Origin: Candidatus Poribacteria bacterium | Lineage (GTDB): Bacteria > Poribacteria > WGA-4E > WGA-3G | Assembly (NCBI GenBank): GCA_964291315.2 | Contig: OZ219753.1 | Span: forward strand, 32,001-96,000 | Direction: 5' to 3' | Length of the DNA stretch: 64,000 nucleotides | Shown here: piece by piece, positions 1 through 9,573 of the stretch | Position numbering within the stretch: position 1 is the stretch's first letter | How the letters are laid out: every line of letters starts with the position of its first letter | Position numbers and translations under genes: made by a program | The notes under the pieces: generated by a model | Told to the model about the DNA's origin: nothing | The model's input: only the letters and a program-made list of their open reading frames with translations | The model's database searches: none

Positions 1-452
1 GGAAGCACTACAACGCGCAAACGCTGTTGGCGGCGGTAACACGCTTGGCGAAACGGGTGGAAACGTTCTTCCGCGTTTCTACCCCTTCTTCGCGAAAAAA
101 ATTAGGGAAACTTGCAGAGCACGTGATCTTGGTCATGTCGGTAATCACGGTGTTGGGTGCGTTCTTATGGGCATCCGTGGATAAACCGTGTAACAACGGG
201 TGTGGTGCAAAGGTACCGGAGCCCGCGATGTCGCACCGTTCAGAATGTTCAAACTGTGATGATGCCGTATGGAAATGTCCGCAATTGGGTCATCCACATA
301 AAGCCGAATGCCCTGTTTGCCAGCAGTTTTACTGGATTTGCCCCGCGGAGTCTGAAGCCTTGCTTCATGGGGAGTTCTGCCAGTTTTCTAGAAAACGTTC
401 GCAGCCCTATCTGCGTCTCAGTCCGGCTGACGAGAAACAGATAGATAGATAG
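1..452 (+). CDS. Membrane-anchored Cys/His-rich protein, copy 1 (5' end lies before the window)
   Basis: Nearly identical to 723..1181 from base 1 onward. One TM helix (VILVMSVITVLGAFLWA) followed by CxxGC, CxxC, HPH and CPVC motifs. Confidence 0.7.
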   Translation, partial: KHYNAQTLLAAVTRLAKRVETFFRVSTPSSRKKLGKLAEHVILVMSVITVLGAFLWASVDKPCNNGCGAKVPEPAMSHRSECSNCDDAVWKCPQLGHPHKAECPVCQQFYWICPAESEALLHGEFCQFSRKRSQPYLRLSPADEKQIDR

Positions 453-494
453 ATAAGCGATGCCCCGTGGGGCACAACAGAGGAATGGTTTATC

Positions 495-581
495 ATGACA
501 AAGCGACCCAGTAAGAGAAGAACATGGCTGTTTGTCTCATCAACATACTTTGTACTTTTTGCTAGTTTTAATTTTCCTTGA
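495..581 (+). pseudogene. Truncated 5' stub (28 codons) of the 1220..1513 gene at the duplication junction
   Basis: MTKRPSKRRTWLFVSSTYFVLFA matches the N-terminus of 1220..1513, then diverges at ~564 and stops at TGA 579-581. Confidence 0.8.
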
Positions 582-606
582 CAAGCTTTCAAACAGGAGC
601 TAATAT
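578..606 (+). promoter_or_regulatory. Putative sigma70 promoter
   Basis: TTGACA-17 bp-TAATAT upstream of 723 (RBS GAGGAGG). Confidence 0.45.
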
Positions 607-722
607 TATTGGCATATTTGACGCATCCTTTTTATACAGCGTGCAGTGGATTGCTAAACAAATGCAATACGTTTGTGATCTTACTTTCAGAAAGCAATTT
701 CTGAAAAATAGAGGAGGGCTCC

Positions 723-1181
723 ATGAAAGAGAGGAAGCACTACAACGCGCAAACGCTGTTGGCGGCGGTAACACGCTTGGCGAAACGGGTGGAAACGTTC
801 TTCCGCGTTTCTACCCCTTCTTCGCGAAAAAAATTAGGGAAACTTGCAGAGCACGTGATCTTGGTCATGTCGGTAATCACGGTGTTGGGTGCGCTCTTAT
901 GGGCATCCGTGGATAAACCTTGTGACAACGGGTGTGGTGCAAAGGTACCGGATCCCTCGGCTTCGCACCTCTCACAGTGCGCGAGATGTGATCAGAGTAT
1001 ATTCAACTGTCCTGACCTGATTCATCCACATAAAGCCGAATGCCCTGTTTGCCAGCAGTTTTACTGGATTTGCTGGGAGTCTGAAGCCCTGCTTCATGGT
1101 GAGTTCTGCCAGTTTTCTAGAAAACGTTCGCAGCCCTATCTGCGTCTCAGTCCGGCTGACGAGAAACAGATAGATAGATAA
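723..1181 (+). CDS. Membrane-anchored Cys/His-rich protein, copy 2
   Basis: RBS GAGGAGG, one TM helix, then a Cys/His-rich C-terminal domain. Confidence 0.8.
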   Translation: MKERKHYNAQTLLAAVTRLAKRVETFFRVSTPSSRKKLGKLAEHVILVMSVITVLGALLWASVDKPCDNGCGAKVPDPSASHLSQCARCDQSIFNCPDLIHPHKAECPVCQQFYWICWESEALLHGEFCQFSRKRSQPYLRLSPADEKQIDR

Positions 1182-1219
1182 GCGATGCCCCATGGGGCAC
1201 AACAGAGGAATGGTTTATC

Positions 1220-1513
1220 ATGACAAAGCGACCCAGTAAGAGAAGAATATGGCTGTTTGTCTCATCAACATACTTTGTACTTTTCGCTGCTGTTTTGATT
1301 ATAGGAACATACATCCTGAATAAAGATTATGCTTGTGAAGGTTGTGGGAGACGTGTATCTATTCCCGAAGCACATTGGCGTATTGACGCTTCTGGCAGTG
1401 GTGGATGGAGCTGTTCGCCCAATGAGCCGGATATGAAACAGATTCAAGGGAGCGGGAGGGTTCAGAACATGTCCCCTCAACCGGCTAAAGAGCCTCTTAT
1501 TATTGACAGATAG
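1220..1513 (+). CDS. Small membrane-anchored Cys-containing protein, distant paralogue of the upstream pair
   Basis: RBS GAGGA, TM helix, CEGCGRRVSIPEAH..WSC resembling CDNGCGAKVPDPSASH..FNC; also ends in IDR. Confidence 0.7.
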   Translation: MTKRPSKRRIWLFVSSTYFVLFAAVLIIGTYILNKDYACEGCGRRVSIPEAHWRIDASGSGGWSCSPNEPDMKQIQGSGRVQNMSPQPAKEPLIIDR

Positions 1514-1590
1514 AAGTTTTGCGAAACATTTTCACATAGCCCGCATACATTCATAATTTTTGAGGGGAGAGTTTTTGCCGTAAAAGTTGT

Positions 1591-1619
1591 TTGAGACGCG
1601 CGTCCGCGTGTGGTATAAT
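1591..1619 (+). promoter_or_regulatory. Strong sigma70-type promoter with no ORF downstream
   Basis: TTGAGA-17 bp-TATAAT with an extended -10 TG. Confidence 0.6.
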
Positions 1620-2093
1620 GGAAGTCTCTTGGATCGGCATAACCCGCGCAGCCACTCAGTTAAGCGCCTACCTCCGGACAGACAAAAAGAGGGAAGCTTG
1701 CGATGCAAGAAAACAAATTTCCGACTGACCATTTTAAGGGCGTTGTTTGTTGAAACGAAATCTTAGTATTACTCCGTTTTTCCATATCTGTTCTATAAGG
1801 TAATTCGTTACAGCACAAATATAGGTATATGTGATATGCCAACTTGGTGGCGTTCCCTCCAAAATATCATCCGTGTCGCGTTATAGAAAACATCTGGACA
1901 TCTTGTCGGTTCTAATGCAAGGCATCATATACCATACCGTCTTTTGATCCAGAGCTGAATCGCGGGCCAACGGATGAATCGATAGGTTCTTTTTCACTTT
2001 CGCTCTCAGTGCAATTGCCAAAAACTACCGCGATAGATTTCGGGGCATGTGGCATTCAGCAAGGATGCCGCATAGCAGCTGCGACTAGTGCTG

Positions 2094-2783
2094 TTAGAGA
2101 TTTTCTTCGGTAGGTATTGGTTCACCAGTCTCCGTTTTGCCTGAGAGATAGAGGAACCATGTGGTAAGCCCAATAGCGATAACAATCCACAGTACCCCCC
2201 AAACTTCAGTCGAAATTCCTGTCACTTCTGAAAGCATCCTAGCATCTGACCGGAGATTCGACCTATCTAAGACATCGCTTTTGATGTCTAGGATTGCGTA
2301 AAGGCAGCTGGTTACGCCGATGATACGTAGAAACCAATCGTTGACGCCCGCGGGGAGATAAAACCCGATGGCGATCAAAGCGACACCGAAGCCGATACCG
2401 AATAAGAAAGTAAAGGCGCTTCTGCCGTAAGCGATGGAAATTGCGACCATAACGATACCGATAACGATGCTAATTCCTTTATCGAAGCGAGTTCTTGCTG
2501 CTAGGAGCAAGATAAGGCCTCCTAACAATAGGCTTCCGAGATAGCCGGCAGTCAGCGTCCAAAACCGCGACCCGCCTTGTGTCAGAGCGTGTCCCCCCTG
2601 CTGAGGGTTAATCTGAATTTCGACGATACGACCCCCCGTTACGATTGCCGCAAGTCCGTGACTCACCTCATGCATAAACACAACGAAAATTTTGAGCGGA
2701 TAAATAAAAAGGGTGTTCCATAGGAGCACAATGCTTATGAAAATTAGGAGCAGGACAATGTAACGTTTGAAAAGTGTTGACAT
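2094..2783 (-). CDS. M50B-family intramembrane metallopeptidase
   Basis: HEVSH motif, AGYLG and SDA motifs, multiple TM helices. Confidence 0.88.
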   Translation of the reverse strand: MSTLFKRYIVLLLIFISIVLLWNTLFIYPLKIFVVFMHEVSHGLAAIVTGGRIVEIQINPQQGGHALTQGGSRFWTLTAGYLGSLLLGGLILLLAARTRFDKGISIVIGIVMVAISIAYGRSAFTFLFGIGFGVALIAIGFYLPAGVNDWFLRIIGVTSCLYAILDIKSDVLDRSNLRSDARMLSEVTGISTEVWGVLWIVIAIGLTTWFLYLSGKTETGEPIPTEENL

Positions 2784-2909
2784 AGTTTCTCTTAAATCGC
2801 TTGTATTTTGCTACAGAATCTGTTATAGTATACCATAACTTGTCTGAAATATACAATCTTAAATCTGAATACAGAGGTGCGTGCTTGAAAAGCACGTTTA
2901 TGACCTTAA

Positions 2910-3998
2910 ATGAATACGTTCGGCCACCTTTTTCGGATTACGACCTGGGGCGAATCGCATGGCGGCGCTGTCGGCGTTGTAGTTGATGGATGCCCACCAC
3001 AGATTGACCTCGACCTATCCGCAATACAATTTGAGCTGAATCGCCGAAAACCTGGGCAGAGTCACCTCACTACACCGCGTCAAGAGGATGATGCTGTTGA
3101 GGTTCTCTCCGGGGTTTTTGAAGGAAAAACACTCGGCACGCCTATCTCTATGTTAGTATGGAATAAGAACGCGCGGCCATCAGACTACAAGCACTTGAAA
3201 GACCTCTATCGACCCTCGCACGCCGATTTTACATATCAAGAGAAATACGGTATTAGAAACTGGCAGGGCGGCGGTAGAGCAAGTGCTCGCGAAACAATTG
3301 GACGCGTCGCAGCAGGGGCAATTGCGAAACAGATATTGCGCGAAAGAGCCGGAACAGAGACGATCGCTTATGTTAAGCAAATCCATACACTGACGGCTGA
3401 GGTTGATACCGCCACAGTCACGCTTGAACAGGTCGAGTCGAGCCCAGTACGTTGCCCGAATCCTATTGTAAGTGCTAAAATAGCAGAGCGCATCGATCAG
3501 GCACGGCGCAATAGAGATTCGCTCGGAGGTATTATTGAATCCGTGACGCGCAATGTACCCGTTGGACTCGGCGAACCGATCTTCGATAAACTCAAAGCGG
3601 ATCTGGCGAAGGCGATGATGTCCCTCCCCGCAACGATGGGATTCCAAATCGGGTCTGGTTTTAATAGTATCACGATGACAGGGGCTGAACACAACGATCC
3701 TTTTTATATCGAAAAAGGCACCGAGACAACGCGCATCCGGACATGCACGAACAATTCTGGCGGTACACAAGGCGGTATCTCAAACGGCGAAAATATTATA
3801 TTCCAAGTCGCTTTCAAACCAACAGCAACAATTGGTAAGCCCCAACAGACAGTGGATATACAAGGCAATGAAGTGATTTTGGAGGCAAGCGGACGACATG
3901 ATCCGTGTGTCTTGGTACGTGCACCTGCCATTGTAGAAGCGATGGCAGCACTTGTGCTCACAGACCATCTGCTCCGCCATCGCGCCAAGTCTGAATAG
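2910..3998 (+). CDS. aroC: Chorismate synthase
   Basis: [27 protein letters not shown] and GRHDPC signatures. Confidence 0.98.
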   Translation: MNTFGHLFRITTWGESHGGAVGVVVDGCPPQIDLDLSAIQFELNRRKPGQSHLTTPRQEDDAVEVLSGVFEGKTLGTPISMLVWNKNARPSDYKHLKDLYRPSHADFTYQEKYGIRNWQGGGRASARETIGRVAAGAIAKQILRERAGTETIAYVKQIHTLTAEVDTATVTLEQVESSPVRCPNPIVSAKIAERIDQARRNRDSLGGIIESVTRNVPVGLGEPIFDKLKADLAKAMMSLPATMGFQIGSGFNSITMTGAEHNDPFYIEKGTETTRIRTCTNNSGGTQGGISNGENIIFQVAFKPTATIGKPQQTVDIQGNEVILEASGRHDPCVLVRAPAIVEAMAALVLTDHLLRHRAKSE

Positions 3999-4149
3999 TT
4001 GCCGATGCTTTTTGGGGACGCAAGGTCAGACGACGGTGTTACGTGTACCCGCCCTCAACTGCCTGACTAAAAGAAGGCTGAACCTCTCGATCTGATTGAA
4101 GGTGAGGGCTCTACTGATAACTATTCCCTAAGGATATTTCAAAAGAACG

Positions 4150-4617
4150 ATGGCTACGGAATGGAAAGTCGAAGGGATCTTGCCCAACGAAACATTGGAA
4201 ACCTGCGCGAGACGAATTATCGTCGATTATTTTCGCAAAATGATGTCCTATAAAGAAGGTGCCAAAGACGGAAACGATATTGAATTCGTTCACGATATGC
4301 GTGTTACCTCGCGCCGCCTGCGTACCGCAATGGACAATTTCGCTGGCTGCTTTCGAGAAAAACCTTTCAAAAAACACTACAAACAGGTAAAAGCGATAAC
4401 CCGAACGATGGGAACCGTCCGGGATTTAGACGTTCTTATCGCCCGTTTTCAAGAAGAGTTGAGCACTTTATCCGAATTGGAACAGATAGACATTCAACGG
4501 CTAATTGAATGTCTACAGCGTGAACGAGAAACAGCCCGAAAGTCCATGCTAATGCTCTTTGCGAAGCTTGACGAGACCAACTTTGAAACAGAGTTTTTGG
4601 AATTCTTTAGCGAATGA
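4150..4617 (+). CDS. CHAD-domain protein, N-terminal lobe only
   Basis: VHDMRVTSRRLR and MGTVRDLDV are the first-half CHAD motifs; 155 aa. Confidence 0.85.
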   Translation: MATEWKVEGILPNETLETCARRIIVDYFRKMMSYKEGAKDGNDIEFVHDMRVTSRRLRTAMDNFAGCFREKPFKKHYKQVKAITRTMGTVRDLDVLIARFQEELSTLSELEQIDIQRLIECLQRERETARKSMLMLFAKLDETNFETEFLEFFSE

Positions 4618-4646
4618 CGGCTCTTATCTGACATAGGAGGACAGGA

Positions 4647-5156
4647 ATGGCGAAGGCGAGTAAACTCACCGGTGTTGAACCACTGCGCAGCTACCGCGAA
4701 AACGCAAAAACAATTCTCTCACAAAAGGTTGAAGAGGTTTGGACCTGGGAGCCGTTTGTTCGGGACCCAGCAAGGCGCGAAGAACTTCATAACATGCGAA
4801 TTTCGCTTAAACGCCTTCGATATACAATGGAATCTTTTCATGTAGTGTATACTGTTCCAAAGGAGTGTTTTGGGGAAACTGCGGTGATTCGCGGCAAACG
4901 TTTTGCTGAGTTCCTAGCCGTAGTTGTTGACTTACAAGAGATACTCGGCGATGTCCATGACTGTGATGTTGTTTTGGATGTTTTGACTGGCTCCGCTCAT
5001 CGAGTCGAAGAGAATATCTTAGTACCGGGAATTGCTACCGTTATTGATCGGACGAAAGCAACCCGCAAGGCGGACTATAAGACATTTTTGAGAAAATGGG
5101 AACATCTATCCGCTACGGGCTTCAAACAGAAATTATTAACATTTTTAGCGGAATAA
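4647..5156 (+). CDS. CHAD-domain protein, C-terminal lobe only
   Basis: LHNMRISLKRLRY and LQEILGDVHDCDV are the second-half CHAD motifs; 169 aa; RBS AGGGAGG. Confidence 0.85.
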   Translation: MAKASKLTGVEPLRSYRENAKTILSQKVEEVWTWEPFVRDPARREELHNMRISLKRLRYTMESFHVVYTVPKECFGETAVIRGKRFAEFLAVVVDLQEILGDVHDCDVVLDVLTGSAHRVEENILVPGIATVIDRTKATRKADYKTFLRKWEHLSATGFKQKLLTFLAE

Positions 5157-5197
5157 GGGGCGGCTATCAGCCTTCAATTTTATAAGGAGATTGTTCT

Positions 5198-6172
5198 ATG
5201 CGTACGAATGTTATCGGTGTAGATATGGGCGGAACCAAGATTCTATCTGCTGTCATTGATGAGAACGGTAATATCTTAGGAACAGCCAAAATCCCAACTA
5301 AGGCGGAAAAAGGGGCATCCGAGGTGGTTGACAGGATCGCCGCCGGCATCCGAAAATCTATCGACAAATCAGGAGTCGCTGCTGAGTCAATTCGGGCGGT
5401 CGGCATTGGTGCACCTGGACCCCTGGACCCTGCAACTGGCATTGTCATTTTTGCACCGAACCTCGGGTGGAAAAATGTTCCGCTGAGAGCTGAGCTTGAA
5501 GCACGTGTCGGATTCCCTACGTTCGTTGACAACGATGTCAACATCGGTACACTCGGAGAACACATGTTCGGGGCAGGAAAGGGGGTCCAGAACATCGTTG
5601 GAATTTTTGTAGGCACCGGTATTGGCGGCGGTATCATTTTGCACGACGAGTTGTTCCACGGGGCGAACAAGATGGCTGGTGAAGTTGGACATATTATCGT
5701 CAAAGCTGGGGGACCACGGTGTGGCTGCGGCACGCGTGGATGCTTGGAAGCGATCGCCAGTCGAACAGCGATGACAAGGCAATTCCAGAAAGCTATTCTT
5801 AAAAAAGGCAAAAAAAGTGTGATTTCTGAACTCACCGGCGGCGACCTTGGAACTATTCGCAGTGGGGTTTTAGCGAAGGCGGTTCGCTTAAACGATAAGT
5901 TAACCTTGAAGGTCTTCAAAAAAGTAACGAAATACCTTGGAATTGGTATCGGATCTATTGTGAATTTCTTGAATCCGGAGATGATTGTGCTCGGCGGGGG
6001 CGTAGTCGAAGCACTGGATGATACGTTCTTGGATGAGATTCGCGCTGCTGCAGTAAAATACTCGCTACCGAATGCTTTGGATGGAGTACAAATTGTCCGC
6101 GCAAAACTGGGCGATAATTCCGGTATCCTCGGCGCAGCAGCATTGGCGCGAAAACGATCCGAAGCGGTATGA
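5198..6172 (+). CDS. ROK-family sugar kinase (glucokinase-like)
   Basis: DMGGT, DND, GTGIGGG, GEVGH and CGCGxxGCLE motifs; no HTH domain. Confidence 0.93.
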   Translation: MRTNVIGVDMGGTKILSAVIDENGNILGTAKIPTKAEKGASEVVDRIAAGIRKSIDKSGVAAESIRAVGIGAPGPLDPATGIVIFAPNLGWKNVPLRAELEARVGFPTFVDNDVNIGTLGEHMFGAGKGVQNIVGIFVGTGIGGGIILHDELFHGANKMAGEVGHIIVKAGGPRCGCGTRGCLEAIASRTAMTRQFQKAILKKGKKSVISELTGGDLGTIRSGVLAKAVRLNDKLTLKVFKKVTKYLGIGIGSIVNFLNPEMIVLGGGVVEALDDTFLDEIRAAAVKYSLPNALDGVQIVRAKLGDNSGILGAAALARKRSEAV

Positions 6173-6223
6173 GAGAACTAACCTGCAGCCACATCTTTTA
6201 TAAGTCGAAGGGAGGGGGCTTCT

Positions 6224-7906
6224 ATGTTAGTAGATGATAACAGAGAAGAACATCGGATGATGATTTTCGGCAACGATAGCCGTCTTGTCCAAGAGCAGCT
6301 AATCGTAGATAGTGACACAAAGCATGATGGAATTTTGGCACAAAAGGTTCACCAAGACTCCTATACTGTTACACTGTATGTATTATTGAAGGATTACGGG
6401 CTCACACCGGTCTTTCGAATCAAGCCGCGCATTCGGTTTCATCGCTCCAACTACGATAACCTTTCTTCAAGCGCACCGCTCCGATATAGTCTTGATGACA
6501 TTATCCATTTCGCTGAACTGAAACGGGGTGTGGACCTGATGGGAAACATTGACGATGTGAAACTTGCTGACATTCTCGGCGACGCACCCGCACTCAAGGA
6601 TGTAGCAGATGATGCGGCATTGCAGCTCGTCTCACAACGCGATGTCTCGCTACGCAATCCGCCTTTCAAAACCAAAACCAAGGTTTTTGGAAAGAACGAA
6701 GACGAGGGCGTGGAAGAGGCTGGTATCCGTATCGGAAAATTCTTGGACGCACTCAATCACCCGAAACGGACAGAACAAATCTTCGCGCGGTTTGCACACG
6801 GAAGCGAGTTTGCACGTGATTTACGGGAGGCCTTGGCACCCTATGAAGATTTTGAATTTCAATTCGGGCTCTACTCTCGCTATGAACGACGAGATTGCAT
6901 ATTAGCAAGTGGGCATGCTGGGGCAAGTGGGAATTACCGGGCGACATTCGATCCATGGACAGCACTAGGTTATATCCAAACTGCTGGGGATACACAGCAA
7001 TTCCAGATCCTTGCACATGAACGTGGGACACGGTGGGAACATAAAATTATGTTAGAGGAATTGGATGCAGCAACGTTGGAACGCCTCGCCACAGAAATTC
7101 CGAGACTCCGCCGCCAGTACCTGATTGGACGCGTCTTATCTAAGAGTCAGACAGCCTTGACGCGCTTAGCTGAACTTCGTGAAGCGCAGCTCAACCTTAC
7201 AACGGATTTACATGCCGGCTATACACTCCGACTCGAAATACCGCTATCAGAAAGACGCTTTCCTATCATAGCGCATCGCCGGAAACTACGAGAGACATTT
7301 AACGGTAGCGGCGCTTATCGTCTCCATCCGTTGAATAGTGAATTTGTGGAGAAACATCATAATATGGCAAAGGGTATCCGAGACGGTATTGTTTGGACTT
7401 TAGATTCTGTTGATCTATTCACTGGACAACCTGATTTAGAGGTGACAGATGAGGAGTTTCTTATCATCAAAACGCCCCATCAAAACAAATTCGTCGTTCG
7501 TTCTGCTGAGGAACTTCGAGAACGTCTTCCTAAAAATGGTTTTGAAAAGTGTTGGAATGAGACCGTTGATCTAGGAGGCTATACAATTATCAGTCAGATC
7601 AGTGGCAGAGGCTACACCGTGAGCTACGGGAGGCGGAGCATAGGAAGTATCTGTGAAGGCAATCTTACTCAGGAAGGGACTAAACACTATCTCTCAATTG
7701 AATACTTGGGAGCAGAGTCTGGGCGTGTTGAAAGTTCACGCTCCGGAGCGCCAGCCCACGTACAGCCGACCTTCTTTGGCCGACTTTTTAACAGAAATCC
7801 AATACCGCCTTTCTTTGAACAACTGATGCAAACTGAGTCCCAGGTCATCTCGGAAATGAAGACGCTAGCACGACATTGTAAAGAGAAATTAGCGATCTCT
7901 CCCTAG
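6224..7906 (+). CDS. VTC/CYTH (triphosphate tunnel metalloenzyme)-like protein, possibly with two tandem tunnel domains
   Basis: VTC-type motifs in the expected order: REEHR, YTVTLY, RIKPRIRF, FAELK, LYSRYER, RATFD, WEHK, LSK. The C-half has a weaker CYTH-like pattern (YLSIEY). Confidence 0.6.
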   Translation: MLVDDNREEHRMMIFGNDSRLVQEQLIVDSDTKHDGILAQKVHQDSYTVTLYVLLKDYGLTPVFRIKPRIRFHRSNYDNLSSSAPLRYSLDDIIHFAELKRGVDLMGNIDDVKLADILGDAPALKDVADDAALQLVSQRDVSLRNPPFKTKTKVFGKNEDEGVEEAGIRIGKFLDALNHPKRTEQIFARFAHGSEFARDLREALAPYEDFEFQFGLYSRYERRDCILASGHAGASGNYRATFDPWTALGYIQTAGDTQQFQILAHERGTRWEHKIMLEELDAATLERLATEIPRLRRQYLIGRVLSKSQTALTRLAELREAQLNLTTDLHAGYTLRLEIPLSERRFPIIAHRRKLRETFNGSGAYRLHPLNSEFVEKHHNMAKGIRDGIVWTLDSVDLFTGQPDLEVTDEEFLIIKTPHQNKFVVRSAEELRERLPKNGFEKCWNETVDLGGYTIISQISGRGYTVSYGRRSIGSICEGNLTQEGTKHYLSIEYLGAESGRVESSRSGAPAHVQPTFFGRLFNRNPIPPFFEQLMQTESQVISEMKTLARHCKEKLAISP

Positions 7907-8340
7907 CGGAATCCCCTGGGATTCATCTTGGAAGAGAAAACAGGGCAGAAGAAATCGGAGTGTCTCCAAGAAGCGTTAGCCAATGCCTCAAACGCGCCCG
8001 CGCAAAACTCAAAAAAGGCGTACACCGCCGTCCCGAAAACGGCACCCCCGATCGTCTGATGCTGTTTAGAAACCGCGATCATTAAAAAAAGCTAAACTTT
8101 TTTCACCCAAACGTATATATATATATAAATAACAGCGCGAAAAAAGTGTTGCGTTGGAATAAGGAGGATCCGTTATAGAGTGGTCGGCGTTCGCTTTATA
8201 CAAGACTTTCAATTGTTAATTAAACTCACGTTATAATATAGAATTGAAAACTAACACCCTATAACATAGGAAGATTACAGTTTCTCCAACGTTTCTTATT
8301 TTCTGCATTCTTTCATCAATTCCATGGGAGAGGTGGTCGT

Positions 8341-9069
8341 ATGTTACTTTCCAGTCGATGGATCCAAGTCGGTCTCGCGTTATTTTTGCTGTGTGTTGGG
8401 GGCAGCCTGCTGTATTCTCGGCATGCTCTCCGCACCACAGAGAGCGAGATGGAACGGCACGCCCAGTTGCTAGGGATCTATGAACAGAGCAAAACACGCC
8501 CCACAGAACCGGTGAACGCTCCGACAGCGGCCGAGTCGCCCGGCCTTGTGAACACCCCGGATGAAAACAGGGATACACCGATTTCAGGCGAGGTCCAAGA
8601 AGCTTTACCCGACGAGACCGGGAACCTTAATATTGCGGAAGCATCCTTATCCGATGATACGGTTTCAGAAGAAGCACCCGCTGCAGAGGTACCTGTCTCG
8701 CCGCATGGCTTTGGCCCGTATCCTGAGGCCCCCGGAGATTACTTTCGTACGCCAGTTTGGGCATATCCTGATCCTGAATTTACGCCCGGTCATGAATTAA
8801 TGGAGCGCGTTTTAATCAAGTTATGGAAACAAGGCATCTATGCTAGGGGGGCGTGCATCGTAAATCGAAGGGTTTATCCTGTTATTCGCGGGACCGTCTA
8901 TGTTAAATGGAGGGGCGACTTTATCCACGCCTATATCGGGCATCCCGACAATGATGACGAGCAGATTATTTCTATTCTTGAAGACGGTGGGATTCCGGCT
9001 GGCATCACAGTTCTTGATTATGACACAGCAGGAATCGATCCTTATCAGTTTCTTAACCTATTAGAATAA
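8341..9069 (+). CDS. Hypothetical membrane-anchored protein (N-terminal TM, acidic/Pro linker, globular C-domain)
   Basis: Long ORF, RBS GGAGAGG, hydrophobic N-terminus, SPHGFGPYPE and HELMERVLIKLW segments. Confidence 0.75.
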   Translation: MLLSSRWIQVGLALFLLCVGGSLLYSRHALRTTESEMERHAQLLGIYEQSKTRPTEPVNAPTAAESPGLVNTPDENRDTPISGEVQEALPDETGNLNIAEASLSDDTVSEEAPAAEVPVSPHGFGPYPEAPGDYFRTPVWAYPDPEFTPGHELMERVLIKLWKQGIYARGACIVNRRVYPVIRGTVYVKWRGDFIHAYIGHPDNDDEQIISILEDGGIPAGITVLDYDTAGIDPYQFLNLLE

Positions 9070-9082
9070 GGAGAGATTTGTT

Positions 9083-9541
9083 ATGAAATGGGCATTGGTC
9101 CTTTTGATAGCTGTTACGCTATCCTTTAGCGGTTTTACTGATCATGAGGCTGATAGTAATCGCCTTGGTCATCGGAAACATAGGATGAGTTCAACAATTT
9201 GGAGGAAATATGCAAGAGATCGTGATGCGCCGTTAGACAGTACCGCGATGTGCTATGGGAAAACTGATGGTACATGGGTTTCGAGAGGGCGTGTTAGAAC
9301 TAATGCTGATAACATGAAGGGCAGATGGTCTATGATAACAGGCGGCCCCGCAGTTTACGATGATCACAACCTCCATGAATACATGGGCAATACTATCGCT
9401 ATAAGACAGAGCGACGGTAATATTGGCCACGATACGAATCCAATTAATCTTGTAGAAAATTGCTTCTCACTACTAACTATTTCTGGTAAACAGGGAAGCG
9501 GGAGTACATCGCTATTGTCAACAGCAAATATACCTTGGTAA
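9083..9541 (+). CDS. Hypothetical secreted protein
   Basis: RBS AAGGAG, Sec signal peptide, 13 bp downstream of the previous gene. Confidence 0.7.
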   Translation: MKWALVLLIAVTLSFSGFTDHEADSNRLGHRKHRMSSTIWRKYARDRDAPLDSTAMCYGKTDGTWVSRGRVRTNADNMKGRWSMITGGPAVYDDHNLHEYMGNTIAIRQSDGNIGHDTNPINLVENCFSLLTISGKQGSGSTSLLSTANIPW

Positions 9542-9573
9542 AGTCACCGCTGTTGCAAGTTTACACAAACAAA

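Larger units (their letters stand above)
1..1288 (+). repeat. Tandem direct duplication, unit ~725-730 bp (1..~563 matches 733..~1288)
   Basis: Direct comparison shows near identity except a divergent core (221-290 vs 953-1022), a 3-nt indel and (GATA)4 vs (GATA)3. Confidence 0.92.

Noticed and set aside
221-1022. Diversity-generating retroelement TR/VR pair
   Set aside because: Differences are not restricted to adenines (G, C and T also change), both copies are coding, and there is no reverse transcriptase in the window.
5167-5919. Long antisense ORFs (also 3180-3770, 54796-55332, 59370-59978)
   Set aside because: Shadow frames opposite well-supported genes.
5198-6172. Calling the ROK gene ppgK outright
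   Set aside because: It retains the Cys-rich Zn motif typical of ATP-dependent ROK glucokinases; polyP use is suggested only by gene context.
8114-8127. (TA)n run as a phase-variable promoter element
   Set aside because: Short, and not clearly placed between -35 and -10 boxes.
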